From positions 2,914,001 to 2,978,000 of the forward strand of contig CM082590.2 of NCBI GenBank assembly GCA_040954595.2: a DNA stretch of 64,000 nt, in the 5' to 3' direction. Position numbers and translations under genes: made by a program. Each line of letters opens with the position of its first letter. Within the stretch, counting starts at the first letter, position 1. The notes beneath the pieces were generated by a model, which saw nothing but the letters and a program-made list of their open reading frames with translations, was not told where the DNA came from and made no database searches. Positions 1 through 14,653 of this stretch are shown here, piece by piece. The stretch is from Balanoglossus misakiensis. Its lineage: Eukaryota; Animalia; Hemichordata.

Positions 1-910
1 TCATTACCAAGATTATCAAAATATTTGGATTATGTCCTGGCAGCAATAAAACTCATGTGAACAAAATCATGACTGTTGTGCCTTTTAACAAGAGACATAT
101 CCAAGTAGATCAAGGGTCATTGCCAAAATTATCAAAATATTTGGGTAATGTCCTGGCAGCAATAAAACTCATGTGAACAAAATCATGACTGTTGTGCTTT
201 TTAACAAGAGACATATCCAAGTAGATCAAGGGTCATTGCCAAGATTATCAAAATATTTGGGTTATGTCCTGGCAGCAATAAAACTCATGTGAACAAAATC
301 ATGACTGTTGTGCTTTTTAACAAGAGACATATCCAAGTAGATCAAGGGTCATTGCCAAGATTATCAAAATATTTGGGTTATGTCCAGGCAGCAATAGTAC
401 TCATGTGAACAAAATCATGACTGTTGTGCTTTTTAACAAGAGACATATCCAAGTAGATCAAGGGTCATTGCCAAAGTTATCAAAATATTTGGGTTATGTC
501 CTGGCAGCGACAAAACTCATGTGAACAAAATCATGACTGTTGTGCTTTTTAACAAGAGACATATCCAAGTAGATCAAGGGTCATGGCCAAAATTATCAAA
601 ATAGTTGGGTTATGTCCTGGCAACAATAAAACTCATGTGAACAAAATCATGACTGTTGTGCTTTTTAACAAGAGACATATCCAAGGGATCAAGGGTCATT
701 ACCAAGATTATCAAAATATTTGGGTTATGTCCTGGCAGCAATAAAACTCATGTGAACAAAATCATGACTGTTGTGCTTTTTAACAAGAGACATATCCAAG
801 TAGATCAAGGGTCATTGCCAAAATTATCAAAATATTTGGGTTATGTCCTGGCAGCAGTAGTACTCTTTGAACAAAATCATGACTGTTGAGCTTTTTATCA
901 AGAGCCATAT
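1..910. repeat. 116-bp tandem satellite block A (~8 copies; continues off the window's left edge)
   Basis: Unit TCATTGCCAAAATTATCAAAATATTTGGGTTATGTCCTGG...GTAGATCAAGGG recurs at 1, 117, 233 and onward (period 116). Confidence 0.97.
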
Positions 911-1440
911 CCACATAAAATTAAGTTATGGAATTACTGGATCAAAGGACATGCGAGAGTCGCCAACAAATTGTTTAATCAAATACTGAAAAAAAACTGG
1001 ATCAAAGAACATATGAAAGTTGTCAAAAAATGTAACATATTCTAGTCATATGGTGACTCGTATCCACAGAAAGAATTTGTGTGCTTTCAATGAGTAGGAT
1101 AAAAAAAGGAATTTTAGCTTTTAATCGGAGTTCAGAAAATCCAATTTGGCTCTGATAAGGTTAAACCAATCACAATTCACTTGAAAACTTGATTAGAAAA
1201 AGATTTTCGTAATTTTTGAATGAGATTTTTAAAAAATCCAATAAGGCACCAAAAGTCACATGACCACTAATGATATTTTATCAAACTTTCAACCGCACAG
1301 TAAATTAGAACTTGATTGGCCCTGTAGTTTATGAAAATGTCAACCTTTAAAGCTTATTAGAAAATCCAATATGGCCGCCATGAAGAAGACAATTACAACT
1401 AAAAGTAGCATTGGAGGGACCAAGGTTCCAACAGAAAGCA

Positions 1441-1945
1441 GACCCCATCAAAATTCCAATTAACAAAATCAGGTAGGGGCACCATACCACACATTCCTAC
1501 CAATTTTCAGCTCCATCGTACATGTAGTTAGGGAGAAGAAGATTTTTTTACCAAAATTTTTATTTTTAGATCTAATTTGCATATTCATGACCCGATCAAA
1601 TCCAAATTAACAAAATTAGGTAGGGACACCATAACACACATTCCTACCAAATTTCAGCTCCATCGTACATGTAGTTAGGGAGAAGATTTTTTTACCAAAA
1701 ATTTTATTTTTAGATCTAATTTGCATATTCATGACCCGATCAAATCCAAATTAACAAAATCAGGTAAGGGCACCATAACACACATTCCAACCAAATTTCA
1801 GCTAAATATGCCAAGTAGTTTTATAGAAGAAGATTGAAATACCAAAAGTTGACGGACGACGGATGACGGACGACAGACGACGGACAGACATTTATCAACC
1901 TACTGCTACAGCTCGGCTGACACAAGTGACAGCAGAGCTAATAAA
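1441..1945 (+). mobile_element. Helentron-associated (CvA/pearl-like) non-autonomous element fragment
   Basis: ~2.6 copies of a ~145-bp core (about 1447, 1595, 1739), then a GACG/GACA microsatellite (1851-1890) and a 3' hairpin GCTCGGCTGACAC-AA-GTGACAGCAGAGC before an A-rich end. Confidence 0.6.
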
Positions 1946-1980
1946 AGCTGTATCTGCTGTGCATGCCAAGTTTTGGAAAT

Positions 1981-4900
1981 GTAGATCAAGGGTCATTGCC
2001 AAAATTATCAAAATATTTGGGTTATGTCCTGCCAGAGTAGTACTCATGTGAACAAAATCATGACTGTTGTGCTTTTTAACAAGAGACATATCAATGTACA
2101 ATTAAGTTCTGAAAGATCTTGATCAAAGGGAAAATGAAAGTTGCAAAAAATTGTATAATTAAGTGTTAAAAAAAGGATCAATGGACATGTGAAAGTTGAC
2201 AAATTTTTTTAACATTCTTGTCTTATGTTGACTCTATCCATAAAAAGGCTTGGTGTGCTATCATTCAGTAGCCTACAAATAGGAAATTTTAGTTTTTAAT
2301 CGGAGTTCAGAAAATCCAATTAGGCTTCAATAAGGTTTAACCAATCACAATTTACGCGAAAGCTTGATTAAAAAAGATTTTGGAAATCTTCATGAGTTTT
2401 TGAAAAAATCCATAATAAATCCAAATTCACATGACCACTATTAATATAATTGAAAAAAAATTGGAACGGCCAGTAAATTAGAACTTGATTGGCCCTGCAG
2501 TTTAGAAAAAAATGTCAACTTTTAGAGATTATCAGAAAATCCAATATGGCCCCCATGAAGAAGACCCAACTATAAGCAGCATTGGAGTGACCAAAGTGGT
2601 TAGCATGGTTCCAACAGAAAGCAAAGGCTGTATCTGTTATGGATGCTGAGAAATGGTAAGTAAGCCAGAGGTCACGCAAATTTGTGCCAACAAATTTTGA
2701 CATCAAACTGATAAGTGTCCAACAAGAACCAAACTTCAAAGCTCAATTGGTTAACTTTAAATAGGATAAGTACATAACGATTGTGTTAAAGATTAATACT
2801 TCATTAGGTGTTCCAGTCCTCTAAATTTGAAAGCCGTATCTGCTGTGCATGGCAAGTTATGGGAAAGTAGATCATGGCCAAAATTATCAAAATATTTGGG
2901 TTATGTCCAGGCAGCAATAGTACTCATGTGTACAATATCATGACTGTTGTGCTTTTTAACAAGAGACATATCCAAGTAGATCAAGGGTCATGGCCAAAAT
3001 TATCAAAATATTTGGGTTATGTCCTGGCAGCAATATAACTCATGTGAACAAAATCATGACTGTTGTGCTTTTTAACAAGAGACCTATCCAAGTAGATCAA
3101 GGGTCATTGCCAAAATTATCAAAATATTTTGGTTATGTCCTGGCAGCAATAAAACTCATGTGAACACAATAATGACTGTTGTGCTTTTTAACAAGAGACA
3201 TATCCAAGTAGATCAAGGGTCATTGCCAAAATTATCAAAATATTTGGGTTATGTCCTGGCAGCAATAAAACTCGTGTGAACACAATCATGACTGTTGTGC
3301 TTTTTAACAAGAGACATATCCAAGTAGATCAAGGGTCATTGCCAAAATTATCAAAATATTTTGGTTATGTCCTGGCAGCAATAGTACTCATGTGAACAAA
3401 ATCATGACTGTTGTGCTTTTTAACAAGAGACATATCCAAGTAGATCAAGGGTCATTGCCAAAATTATCAAAATATTTGGGTTATGTCCAGGCAGTAATAG
3501 TACTCATGTGAACAAAATCACGACTGTTGTGCTTTTTAACAAGAGACATATCCAAGTAGATCAAGGGTCATTGCCAAAATTATCAAAATATTTGGGTTAT
3601 GTCCTGGCAGCAGTAGTACTCATGTAAACAAAATCACGACTGTTGTGCTTTTTAACAAGAGGCATATCAACGTAGAATTAAGTTCTGAAAGATCTGGATC
3701 TAAAGACGAATGAAAGTTGCAAACAAATTGTATAATTAAGTGTTGAAAAAATGGATGAAAGGACATGTGAAAGTTGATAAAAATTGTTTAACATATTTTG
3801 GTCTTATGGTGACTCGTATCCATAAAAAGGATTGGTGTGCTATCATTCAGTAGCCTTGAAATAGGAAATTTTAGTTTTTAATCGGAGTTCAGACAATCCA
3901 ATTTGGCTTCAATAAGGTTTAACCAATCACAATTCACTTGAAAGCTTGATTAAAAAAGATTTTGGAAATCTTCATGAGTTTTTGAAAAAATCCATAATAA
4001 ATCCAAATTCACATGACCACTATTAATATAATTGAAAAAAAATTGGAACGGCCAGTAAATTAGAACTTGATTGGCCCTGCAGTTTAGAAAAAAATGTCAA
4101 CTTTTAGAGATTATCAGAAAATCCAATATGGCCGCCATGAAGAAGACCCAACTATAAGCAGCATTGGAGTGACCAAAGTGGTTAGCATGGTTCCAACAGA
4201 ATGCAAAGGCTGTATCTGTTATGGATGCTGAGAAATGGTAAGTAAGCCAGAGGTCACGCAAATTTGTGCCAACAAATTTTGACATCAAACTGATAAGTGT
4301 CCAACAAGAACCAAACTTCTAAGCTCAATTGGTTAACTTTAAATAGGATAAGTACATAACGATTGTGTTAAAGATTAATACTTCATTAGGTGTTCCAGTC
4401 CTCTAAATTTGAAAGCCGTATCTGCTGTGCATGGCAAGTTATGGGAAAGTAGATCATGGCCAAAATTATCAAAATATTTGGGTTATGTCCAGGCAGCAAT
4501 AGTACTCATGTGTACAATATCATGACTGTTGTGCTTTTTAACAAGAGACATATCCAAGTAGATCAAGGGTCATGGCCAAAATTATCAAAATATTTGGGTT
4601 ATGTCCTGGCAGCAATATAACTCATGTGAACAAAATCATGACTGTTGTGCTTTTTAACAAGAGACCTATCCAAGTAGATCAAGGGTCATTGCCAAAATTA
4701 TCAAAATATTTTGGTTATGTCCTGGCAGCAATAAAACTCATGTGAACACAATAATGACTGTTGTGCTTTTTAACAAGAGACATATCCAAGTAGATCAAGG
4801 GTCATTGCCAAAATTATCAAAATATTTGGGTTATGTCCTGGCAGCAATAAAACTCGTGTGAACACAATCATGACTGTTGTGCTTTTTAACAAGAGACATA

Positions 4901-6015
4901 TCCAAGTAGATCAAGGGTCATTGCCAAAATTATCAAAATATTTGGGTTATGTCCTGGCAGCAATAAAACTCATGTGAACACAATCATGACTGTTGTGCTT
5001 TTTAACAAGAGGCATATCCAAGTAGATCAAGGATCATTGCCAACATTATCAAAATATGTAGGTTATGTCCAGGCAGCAATAAAACTCATGTGAACACAAT
5101 TATGACTGTTGTGTTTTTTAACAAGAGACATATCCAAGTAGATCAAGGGTCATTGCCAAAATTATCAAAATATTTTGGTTATGTCCTGGCAGCAATAAAA
5201 CTCATGTGAACAAAATCATGACTGTTGTGCTTTTTAACAAGAGACATATCCAAGTAGATCAAGGGTCATCGCCAAAATTATCAAAATATTTGGGTTATGT
5301 CCTGGCAGCAATAAAACTCATGTGAACACAATTATGACTGTTGTGCTTTTTAACAAGACTAGAGACATATCCAAGTAGAACAAGGGTCATTGCCAAAATT
5401 ATCAAAATATTTGGGTTATGTCCTGGCAGCAATAAAACTCATGTGAACACAATCATGACTGTTGTGCTTTTTAACAAGAGACATATCCAAGTACAATTCA
5501 GTTCTAACAAATCTGAATCAAAGGACATGTGAAATTTGCCAAAAAATGTAACGTATTCTATACATATGGTGACTCGTATCAATAAAATGAATGTGTGCTT
5601 TAAATGAGTAGGCTAGAAATAGGAAATCTTTGTCTTTAATTAGAGTTCAGAAAGTCCAATTTGGCTCCAATAAGGTTTAACTAATCACAATACACTTGAA
5701 AACTTGATTACAAAAAGATTTTGGAAATGTTAAATGAGATTTTTCAACAATCCATAATGAATCCAAAGTCGCATGACCACTAACAATATTATTGAAAAAA
5801 ATTGGAAGGGACAGTAAATTAGAACTTGATTGGCCATGTAGTTTTGAAAAAATGTCAACTTTAAGAGGTTATCAGAAAATCCAATATGGCCAACATGAAG
5901 AAGACAATTAAAGGAACATGCAACATTACAGGGGCCAAAGCAGTTAGCATGGTTCCAACAGAAAGCAAACTCTGTATCTGTTGTGGATGGCTAGAAATGG
6001 TAAGCCAGAGGTCAC
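1981..6015. repeat. Macro-tandem of 116-bp satellite blocks (1981-2095, 2866-3670, 4448-5490) alternating with ~780-bp conserved spacers
   Basis: Spacers at 2095-2865, 3670-4447 and 5490-6015 are homologous to each other and to 915-1440. ORFs 2515..2739 and 4097..4288 are near identical at a 1582-bp offset. Confidence 0.95.
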
Positions 6016-6239
6016 TATGTCTATGTATAATTAACTTCTTAAAACATAGCGTATAGGAAACTGTTGTGCCATTTGGGGATTACACAGATTTTAGGTATTC
6101 ACCAGAATTAAATCGCGGGCGACATTGGCAAGCATATATGGCAAAAATATTCAAATACTATGGAAACATAAAAAAATTCACCATGCTCAATCAAGTGTTA
6201 TGTGTCACTGCAATCTTACAAGCAGCACTAAAAAAAACA

Positions 6240-6650
6240 GATTTTTGTCCAAAAACTGTCTGTAAAATACATGCGAGTATGACAAGCTAATTAGTCCAAT
6301 CAGACAGAGGCATTCACTGACCTACCACCAGTTTATAATAAAATAACCGGTGGTCTCTGTAACAGCTGGACCACAACTGATTTTGGTCCAAAAACTGTCT
6401 GTAAAATATATGCGAGTATGACAAGCTAATTAGTCCAATCAGACAGAGGCATTCACTGACCTACCACCAGTTTATAATAAAATAGCCGGTGGTCTCTGTA
6501 ACAGCTGGACCACAACTGATTTTTGTCCAAAAACTGTCTGTAAAATATATGCGAGTATGACAAGCTAATTAGTCCAATCAGACAGAGGCATTCACTGACC
6601 TACCACCAGTTTATAATAAAATAGCCGGTGGTCTCTGTAACAGCTGGACC
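6240..6650. repeat. 139-bp tandem repeat, 3 copies
   Basis: GATTTT(T/G)GTCCAAAAACTGTCTGTAAAATA... at 6240, 6379 and 6518, near identical. Confidence 0.95.
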
Positions 6651-9600
6651 GGTAAAATTATATAAGGCTGTTTATTTTACTGATAAAAAATTTTATAGGT
6701 CTTTGTAGGTTATAATAAAGAAAATTATCAAAATCGGTTCACCAGTTTTCAAGGTACAAAAGCATCAAAAAATACTGATATTCTCAAGTATCTTCAACAT
6801 TTTTCAAAAAATTATGCACGATTCACAGAAGAATACTTCTTTCAGTTTTACAGGAGATCATCTAAACTTGTAAAGAAAATCTCTCTATTTTTTGCATGGC
6901 ACCATGGGAAATATGAAATTTTGCAATGTTTGATGTTCCGTGTCTCAATCATAGTTGATCTAATTGTAACGAAATTTTCAGAATATATTACAATATATGT
7001 GCAGATACAGATAGTGACTTCAGTTTTTGATATCTGGATTACAATTTAAATTCCCAGGTGCTCAAAAAAGGAAAAACCTAGCATTTTACCATTGCAAATG
7101 GGCGGCCATATTGGATTGATATTTCATTAGATGGCAATATCTGTTTATACACTGCAATTTGCTGAAAATCAGTTCAATCACTGTAGTGAGTGGAAATATT
7201 TAAATTCTTGTGTATTTTGAGCAATAATACTACTACCATAAATATTTTATACAGTTACTTCTGGACAGCAAAAATTGCCATCATTCAAGTCAAACTCTCA
7301 GATCGGCCCTTTTGCTTGCCTGTGTTGGGCAGATATCAAAAGTGGAGAAAGTTGGATAGTGTAATGTCTACATGTATTTGTACTATCCTTGTAGTCTATT
7401 AACATTTACACGATTTTCATATTAATTTTGGTATGATATGCATGGAAAGACTGGCTGGCTATAAATCATAAAACTGAACGTCCTTGCACCATACAGTTTT
7501 TACTGCATACACATGTAGTTTAAGCAAACTGTGTATTTCATGTATTCCACTTTTCTGCCTTCCTTGCTGGCTTTCTCCATTTATTTTCTTACTGTTTCTT
7601 TGTAACATTACTGATTTTTTTTTCTGGTAATTCAATTTCTGGCTGAAATAAATGTACTAGAGCTGGTAAGGTTTCCTGAACATTAATCCCTGTATCTTGA
7701 AGGCAGGTGTGCAAGTTCATATAAAGTTCATTGGTTAAAGGAATATTATGAGCTGATAAATCTTCTAAGCTCTTCTTTCTGGCTAGAAGGTCTGCTATAT
7801 TATCGAATACTCTTTATGCTACTTCCATAATGTTGCCTGTGCAAATTAACAATCAAAGTACCCACTTGCTAGACAATTGTAAGACAAACATTTTTGTTGG
7901 GTAATTACAGAATAATTATTTTAATTCCATGCATACTCTACCTAAACACAAATTAGAATATATAACTGAAATTATAATTATACACAGGTCTATGAAATGC
8001 AAAGAAAATGTATTTCTAGGAAAGAACACCCATGGGCATTCAGCTCTAAGCAGATAACATCAGTCACTTTGAAGACATGTCACTTCCCAGACTTGACTAA
8101 ACAAACTTCCAACCCTGAAGTGAAACGCATCTCCGAGTTGCATACACAATATGATCATATAATGTTAGATATTTATCATGGTTTAAGTGAAAACAAATTA
8201 GGAGATGTAAACACCCCTGCCATTTATTCAGTGCCATATAATGCTGCCATTATGCACATATTGACTCTAGCCACTTTCCCAGTGGGAGGAAAAAGACTTT
8301 AATGGACACCAAGCGGGAAGAAACGAAAGTTACTAAGTTTTTGGCATTTCATTTTTATTTGTGAGATCGAGAAATTAAAATATGACAAGTTTAGAAAATA
8401 ATCAGATTACACAGTATGTCCCAGTTCGTATGGCGGCCATATTGGATTCTGAACTCTCTAGTGATATAAACATATAGTGTACTTGGCGAGTCTCAGTATA
8501 GGGAAATCAACACAATCAGACAAAACTTGGGTTACCCATTGCAATAATACTATCAAATTTCAAAGCAATCCCATATGCAGTTTCAGAAAAATCAGTATTT
8601 TCACCAAAATTGTACAATATCTTACGTCAATCGCTTCAGGGAACATGCCTACCAAAGCTCAAGGCAATCTGACAATCAGTTTGAAAGAAAATAATTTTTA
8701 ATGAAAAATTCCAAAACTATCACACACAAAACGCAAATATGCATATTTCAAGTATTTTTCTAAAACATCTCACTTAATTATTCCCAAGGAACAACCCTGC
8801 AAAATTTGAAAGCAATCTGACAAGCAGTTTTAGATAAAACAATTTTTGACCAAAAAAGACAAAAAATTCTACAAAATTATAAATATGCACATTTTTCATC
8901 AACCAGGTTTTCATCAAATGGGACCATATATCCAAATGTATGCTTCAAAGCAACACGACTCTCAGAGAAAAAAATGCTTGTCACCCTGGTCAAAAATTTG
9001 GTTTTACTAAAACATCAAATCGGTTATCTCTCAAAGCTAAAAGGGTTATCACCAAACAGATTACAATTTTCTTTACTTGTGGTGGTTTTGGTTTTATCGG
9101 TTTGCCCAATAAAAATTAGGATAATTGTTTAAGTATGCCAACAGTGAGGTGGAAATCACACCAGAAAAGCGAAAATACGCCAACAACATGTAAACAGTAA
9201 AATGTTACGAAAAAACAAACAGAAAAGCGAAAATACACCAACCACGTTTAAACCGTAAAATTAAAAAAAAATGCAAACACTGGCTCTACGTGCGCTTAGG
9301 CAAGAGGCCTAGCAATAAAATTCTCACAGAGTATAACCCTATAAATATGTCTAGACTTTCTCGATTATGACCTCAGGGTCAGCAGCGAAGCCATACACAG
9401 AATGGCCGAGAGGCATGGCTAGCTGCACGCCCGTAGCTCGGATTTTTTTCTGGAATAAGACCTACTTCTGTTCAACTACAAGGTGTTGAACGGATAGCTG
9501 CAAATCACCTAATACCAGACTAAACAATCGAGCGACGGTAACGTAGCTACATAGGCTATGGTACTAAAAGCAATGACTGGATTATGAGCCTACCGAAAAG

Positions 9601-10999
9601 ACGTCTTGATCCCGCGGCAGTAAGAAGGAAAGTGGTCGAAACCCGGCGTCGCACACCGGAAACGGGTCAATGATCACCTGTTGTTATGGAGAGTGGGACT
9701 TGTTACCCAATCACAGACCATAGTTAGCATTACGACACACTAATGAATATGCATACATGCTATAGCTGCATATTTTATTATTTTAGAACGCACTGGAACA
9801 TGCTCGCATTCGAAGGAATATTCCATTTGTATATGCAAATAGCAAACCTATGTTCTCGAGTGTGAGTGCACCATTGTCTCAGGGGGGTGGCTCACGTCCC
9901 AAAGAACAGGGGGTAATTTTCTACCACAGCCGCGCATTTCAAACCGAGCAAGCAAACTGCTAACTTCCGTTGTCTGGGCAACATTTTGATGTGCGTTAAG
10001 TTTTGCACCTATTCGACTTTGAGGAAACAGACCTATAATACTTCCTAATGTGGTTCTCTTTCTGGGTCATTTTGTTGGTCCAACCACGATCCACGAGATC
10101 GTAAACTGCTTGGATTAGGGCGCGTTAGGAAGCTGCAGCTGCGGCCGCAGGTCAAGTCGGTGTGTGTTGTATTTAACAAACATGGTGAATGTGTTCGGCA
10201 CAGCAACATGCTCGCTCTACCCACAGCCACTGTACCGTACTGTCGATCGTTTCCATGTCTGTTTCACGCTCGCTCTTTATAATGCCCTTATCACGCCTCC
10301 CGTATTGTGTTCATGATATGACAGTCCCACTAATCTGACAACACGCTCGCTTTTATTATGTCAATTTGTCCCGTTCGCTAGCACTGCGTTCAGGCCTGCA
10401 TTCACCATTAACAGACTATCCCATTCGCCAACTTTACTGAACTACAAAGTGAAGAACCAGTTTGCGTCTTGGCCGAAACAACCGGGGTCATGGAAATTAA
10501 AGGCCGAACCGAGAAGATTAAGTGCCATTCCCGAAGTAACGACCAACCAATGTTTACAGAGAAATCAGATGACATCAAATAGCGGAGTTCTTATCCTGTC
10601 GGGATGCGTTTACCTCGGAATCGGCGAAGTTTTTTTGTCGTCGAGTTTGATTTCATGGACGATGCAGTCTAGTTATTTGATGATCCATAATTGATATTTT
10701 TTTTTGGGGGGGGGGTCCTGGTGTCGATAATTCGAGGCAGGAGAAGAAATGTGCCGACAGCGCAAATTGCCGTTTTTCTCGCTCTGTTTAGTCGATTTTG
10801 ACAACTTCAAAAGTATTAAACTTCACTCTGCGTTGGTCGAGAGGTCTTAAATTTTACCCATCCAACAAAACAAACGTTTGTAGTCAATAAAGTGTTCTTG
10901 GCGGGAATTAAAATTGATTCAATGCAATTCAAGTTTGAATTTGATCAAATTTTCTAAATATAGATAAATCGACAGGCCAACACTGTCCATGCACCAAAA

Positions 11000-11900
11000 A
11001 GAACAGCTGGTCGCGGAGATGAATTTTGTTTTTGTATATAACAAAATACCCTACAAAATATAAAAGTTCCGAATTACCTATAATTTGATTCCATTATAAT
11101 TCCAATACTATTAACTCAATTTTAGAGTAATACACTGGGAACTATTATTTTTCAAAATTGGAAAATATGCCCCCAAAATACAAGATATTGCCAACAAAAA
11201 GCATTGACACTTTCATCATTGGTTTTGTAAATTATCATGACAACGCACCCAGGAACCTTTAAATCAAATTTGAAAGCAATGGAGTAGAGGGTTCTGAGAA
11301 AGAGTTTTGACCAAAAATGGCAAAAATCACCCCAAAAATATAATATTAAATTCTTCTAGTTGATTTGACAAACATACATGCAAATTTCCAAAGCAATCTA
11401 TGAGCTGTTTTACATTTAAAAAATGATCAAAAAGGTAAAAATTGCTCGCAAATTTTGCAGCAATTTAAACAAAACTTTAGTAACTCAGATCACCTATATG
11501 AAGCTCCATACTAAATTTCAAAGAGGTGGGCTGATTAATTCCAGAAAGGTAGTTTTTTTACAAAAATGTAGAAAAAGACAAACAAATGCGAAAAATAGAA
11601 AATTCAAAGTATTACCTCAAAACATACAGAATCATTATGACCAGGGGTTGCTGAGTTTCTGAGTTTTGACCAAATTAAGGTTTTTCCCAGAAAATTTGCA
11701 TATTTTTGGCAATGTCAACTTCGTTTGAACAAACTCCCATCTACAACCCGGTATGCATCTACACACCAAATATCGAGGTTGTACGCGTAGCAGTCTTCAA
11801 GTTTTTGATGTGGATGGACATACTCCCATACATCCATACAGATGCAACGTACCGATCTCATAAGGTCCCACTGGAATATACCAATACAAATGTGACATAA
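11000..11900 (+). mobile_element. Degenerate Helentron/CvA-like interspersed repeat; related fragments at ~8500-8960 and ~12060-12660
   Basis: Recurrent degenerate core motif (AAATTTCAAAGCAATCTGAC...TTTTGACCAAAAA) and a GGAT/CATA microsatellite-like stretch near the 3' end. Confidence 0.45.
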
Positions 11901-14653
11901 ACACTTGACTTGCGGGCGCTGTTACTCCTCAATGAAAGCAGATAACGCGACACAAACTGGTCATTTTTTTCAAACTTGTGCTATAAGTAATATGTGTGAC
12001 CAACTCTATGACTTAATTTTTTGTTAATGACCTAATACCAAACAAATAGATATGATCTAATTTAAAAAAACTGTCCCAAAACTGCCAAACACAAAAATGC
12101 AAACATCACCAAAATTATACAATATCTTACTTCGATGAGAACATGCTTACCACAGTTCAAAGCAATCTGACAAGTGGTTTCAACGAGAAAATCACAAGTT
12201 ACCTCAAGAACACAAATAAGCAAATTTCAACAAAATTTTCAAACAACTTACAATTGCTTAACCCTGAGAACATGCCTACCAATTCCCAAAGCAATCTGAC
12301 AAGCACGAGGTTTCAGAGAAAACGATTTTTGACCAAAAATTGCAAAATTTGGCTCATAATTACAAATGTGCAAACTTTGCAACAATTACACCTATAGGAA
12401 GATTTATACTAAATGTTAAAGAAATCAGCCAATTACTTTCATAGAAAATATTTTACCATTGTGTTAAAAGACAAAACATTCATAAAAAGTAGACAATTCA
12501 CGATGTTTGCTTAGAACTTATATAGCTCTATGATCTTGGCATAAGAAACATGCATACCACTTTTCAAAGCAATCTGACCAGTAGTTCCCAGCTAACAACT
12601 GAGAACAGAATAGCCAAAATCATCACCAGCGCCTAACACTACATTTGATTTTAATCAGATGAAAAAGGGAAGTAAGCAGACCATTTGTTGGAGCGGCTGA
12701 TCCTCACCTGAAATCAAAGAGACAGACAAAAGCACTCATTTTATCAGAATATTTATTTTATGTATGCAAAAATCCTAACATGATATCTCTGTCTACCTGT
12801 TTATCCTGATAGGAAAATTGTTAGAATAAAAATATCAAAGATATTTCTTCCTAACGCTGCATACACTATGTACATACTCTAGCAGTCTTGAAAGTACACT
12901 GAAATGTTTGTCAAAAGCTCTTCTTAAAAACTGCATAACATACCAAACTTTCAGTACAATATAAGCAATATCCGGAAAAAAATTAAACCAACTTAGCATC
13001 TTATGCAAAATGAAAGAAATTGAGGAATCGTGTCCCCCCTTCCCTTCAGCACTATACATGATTCTACAGCCTCAGGGTGTCATTCTTCACACAAACATAA
13101 AATGAATGGCTGAAATTCTAGAAATGTAGAAACAATGACATGTGAATATTGTTATTAAAAATGTGATTTTAATCGTTTGGCAACTATGGTCACTTCCTAA
13201 TAATTGACTATATTTCTTAACATGCATCTAATAGTTTGATTCTACCATGCTTGTCACGGATTTTGCCGATCACCAAACACAAAACACAACAAAATGGTTT
13301 AACAGTTTCACAAGCCATATGCCTAAAACAGGGACATCATCAGTTCATATGTATGGCCAGTCTGGCTACAGAGGTGAACTGACTATGTATATGCATGGGA
13401 TTCTTTTATATCCCTTTGGTCACGTGACCAGTTTATATATTTTCTGCTATTTCCCCAAGGGATTCATAGTCGATTCTATTTTCTTATCACCTGACGGATT
13501 CTGGCGAATCATGACACAGTGTTAGCATGAGGTATGTTATAAATACAGATATTACATACATACCGGTATTCAAATGAACTAATGGTTCGGTCCAAATCCA
13601 TTGTTTCTGTTGGAAAAGTTGGATGTCTACACAGGGAACTGGGGGTGAATGGTGAGAGTGCTAAGAAAAAAGACTGATGGTAATTTTCCATTTTTATCTA
13701 ACCTGTATACATGTGTGTGCTTAATCTTTCCCAATAATGCTGACACACAACAAGTTAATTGTTTTACAAAACTCTCCTTGAGAGTCAAATGAAGGCACCT
13801 GATATAAGCCCAAAGACTTCATTCTTTTCCACACACCACTTTTCTCTTTTCAAAGAGCTCCATTTCAAATTGTGTACACAAACAATGTCATTGTCACTGC
13901 CCAAGCCCAAACTTTCAAATTACAATGTGACATTTCAAAACACTGTTAGACTTCCCAATGAAACATTAACTCTGGATCGGTATCCATTCAAATTAGTGAC
14001 AGCCCCGGGGTTAGATTGTTGTTAATTTTGTTATAATGGTGATATTTAATTGTTTGGCTTTAACAAAAATTATGACATGGACGTATAAACGTGTTATGTC
14101 CACACATATGCTGTGAGTTCAGCTTCAATCCAATTTCATAACAAATTATTCAACAACAAAAATAGAAAATGAACATCAAGAGCTAGTGACTTCGTGGCTT
14201 TCACATGATAAATATACATTGCCCCATGCTAGAGTGTAATATTAACATGTCTCATACAACCTACAATTCTCTGTATATAACCAAACACATTCATTATAGC
14301 TGCATTAGTTGGGTCACATAATCTGGAACCAGATAGGCTGACCTGAGCAATCCATGTTTTTGCAAGTGTTGTATTGTCACTGTTATAGTGTGACTTCTTT
14401 GGTGTAATGCTCCAATGAACATGTGAGTTTCAATTGGATAGATAAATGACCAATAACACAAAGTCTGTGATTGGGTAATACAAATGATTGGTATACAACT
14501 GGAAGTTCTGACACTGAAAGAGCCGTCTATTGCTCTCTTCCCTGAGGGAGCGATAGAGAGTAACTTTAGAGATACATTCTCCAATGATCAGGAGTTAATA
14601 AGGTATTAGTCTAGTATATAGCTGTATTTTATCTGCTTTGCTTTCAAAAAACT

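Noticed and set aside
1-6015. CRISPR-like repeat/spacer appearance
   Set aside because: Repeats are 116 bp and directly adjacent, spacers are homologous to each other, there are no cas genes, and the context is eukaryotic with spliced exons.
9300-10900. CpG-richer island with octamer motifs, possibly a promoter or snRNA gene
   Set aside because: No recognisable RNA gene or linked first exon; it looks like fragments of non-autonomous DNA elements whose termini I could not pair.
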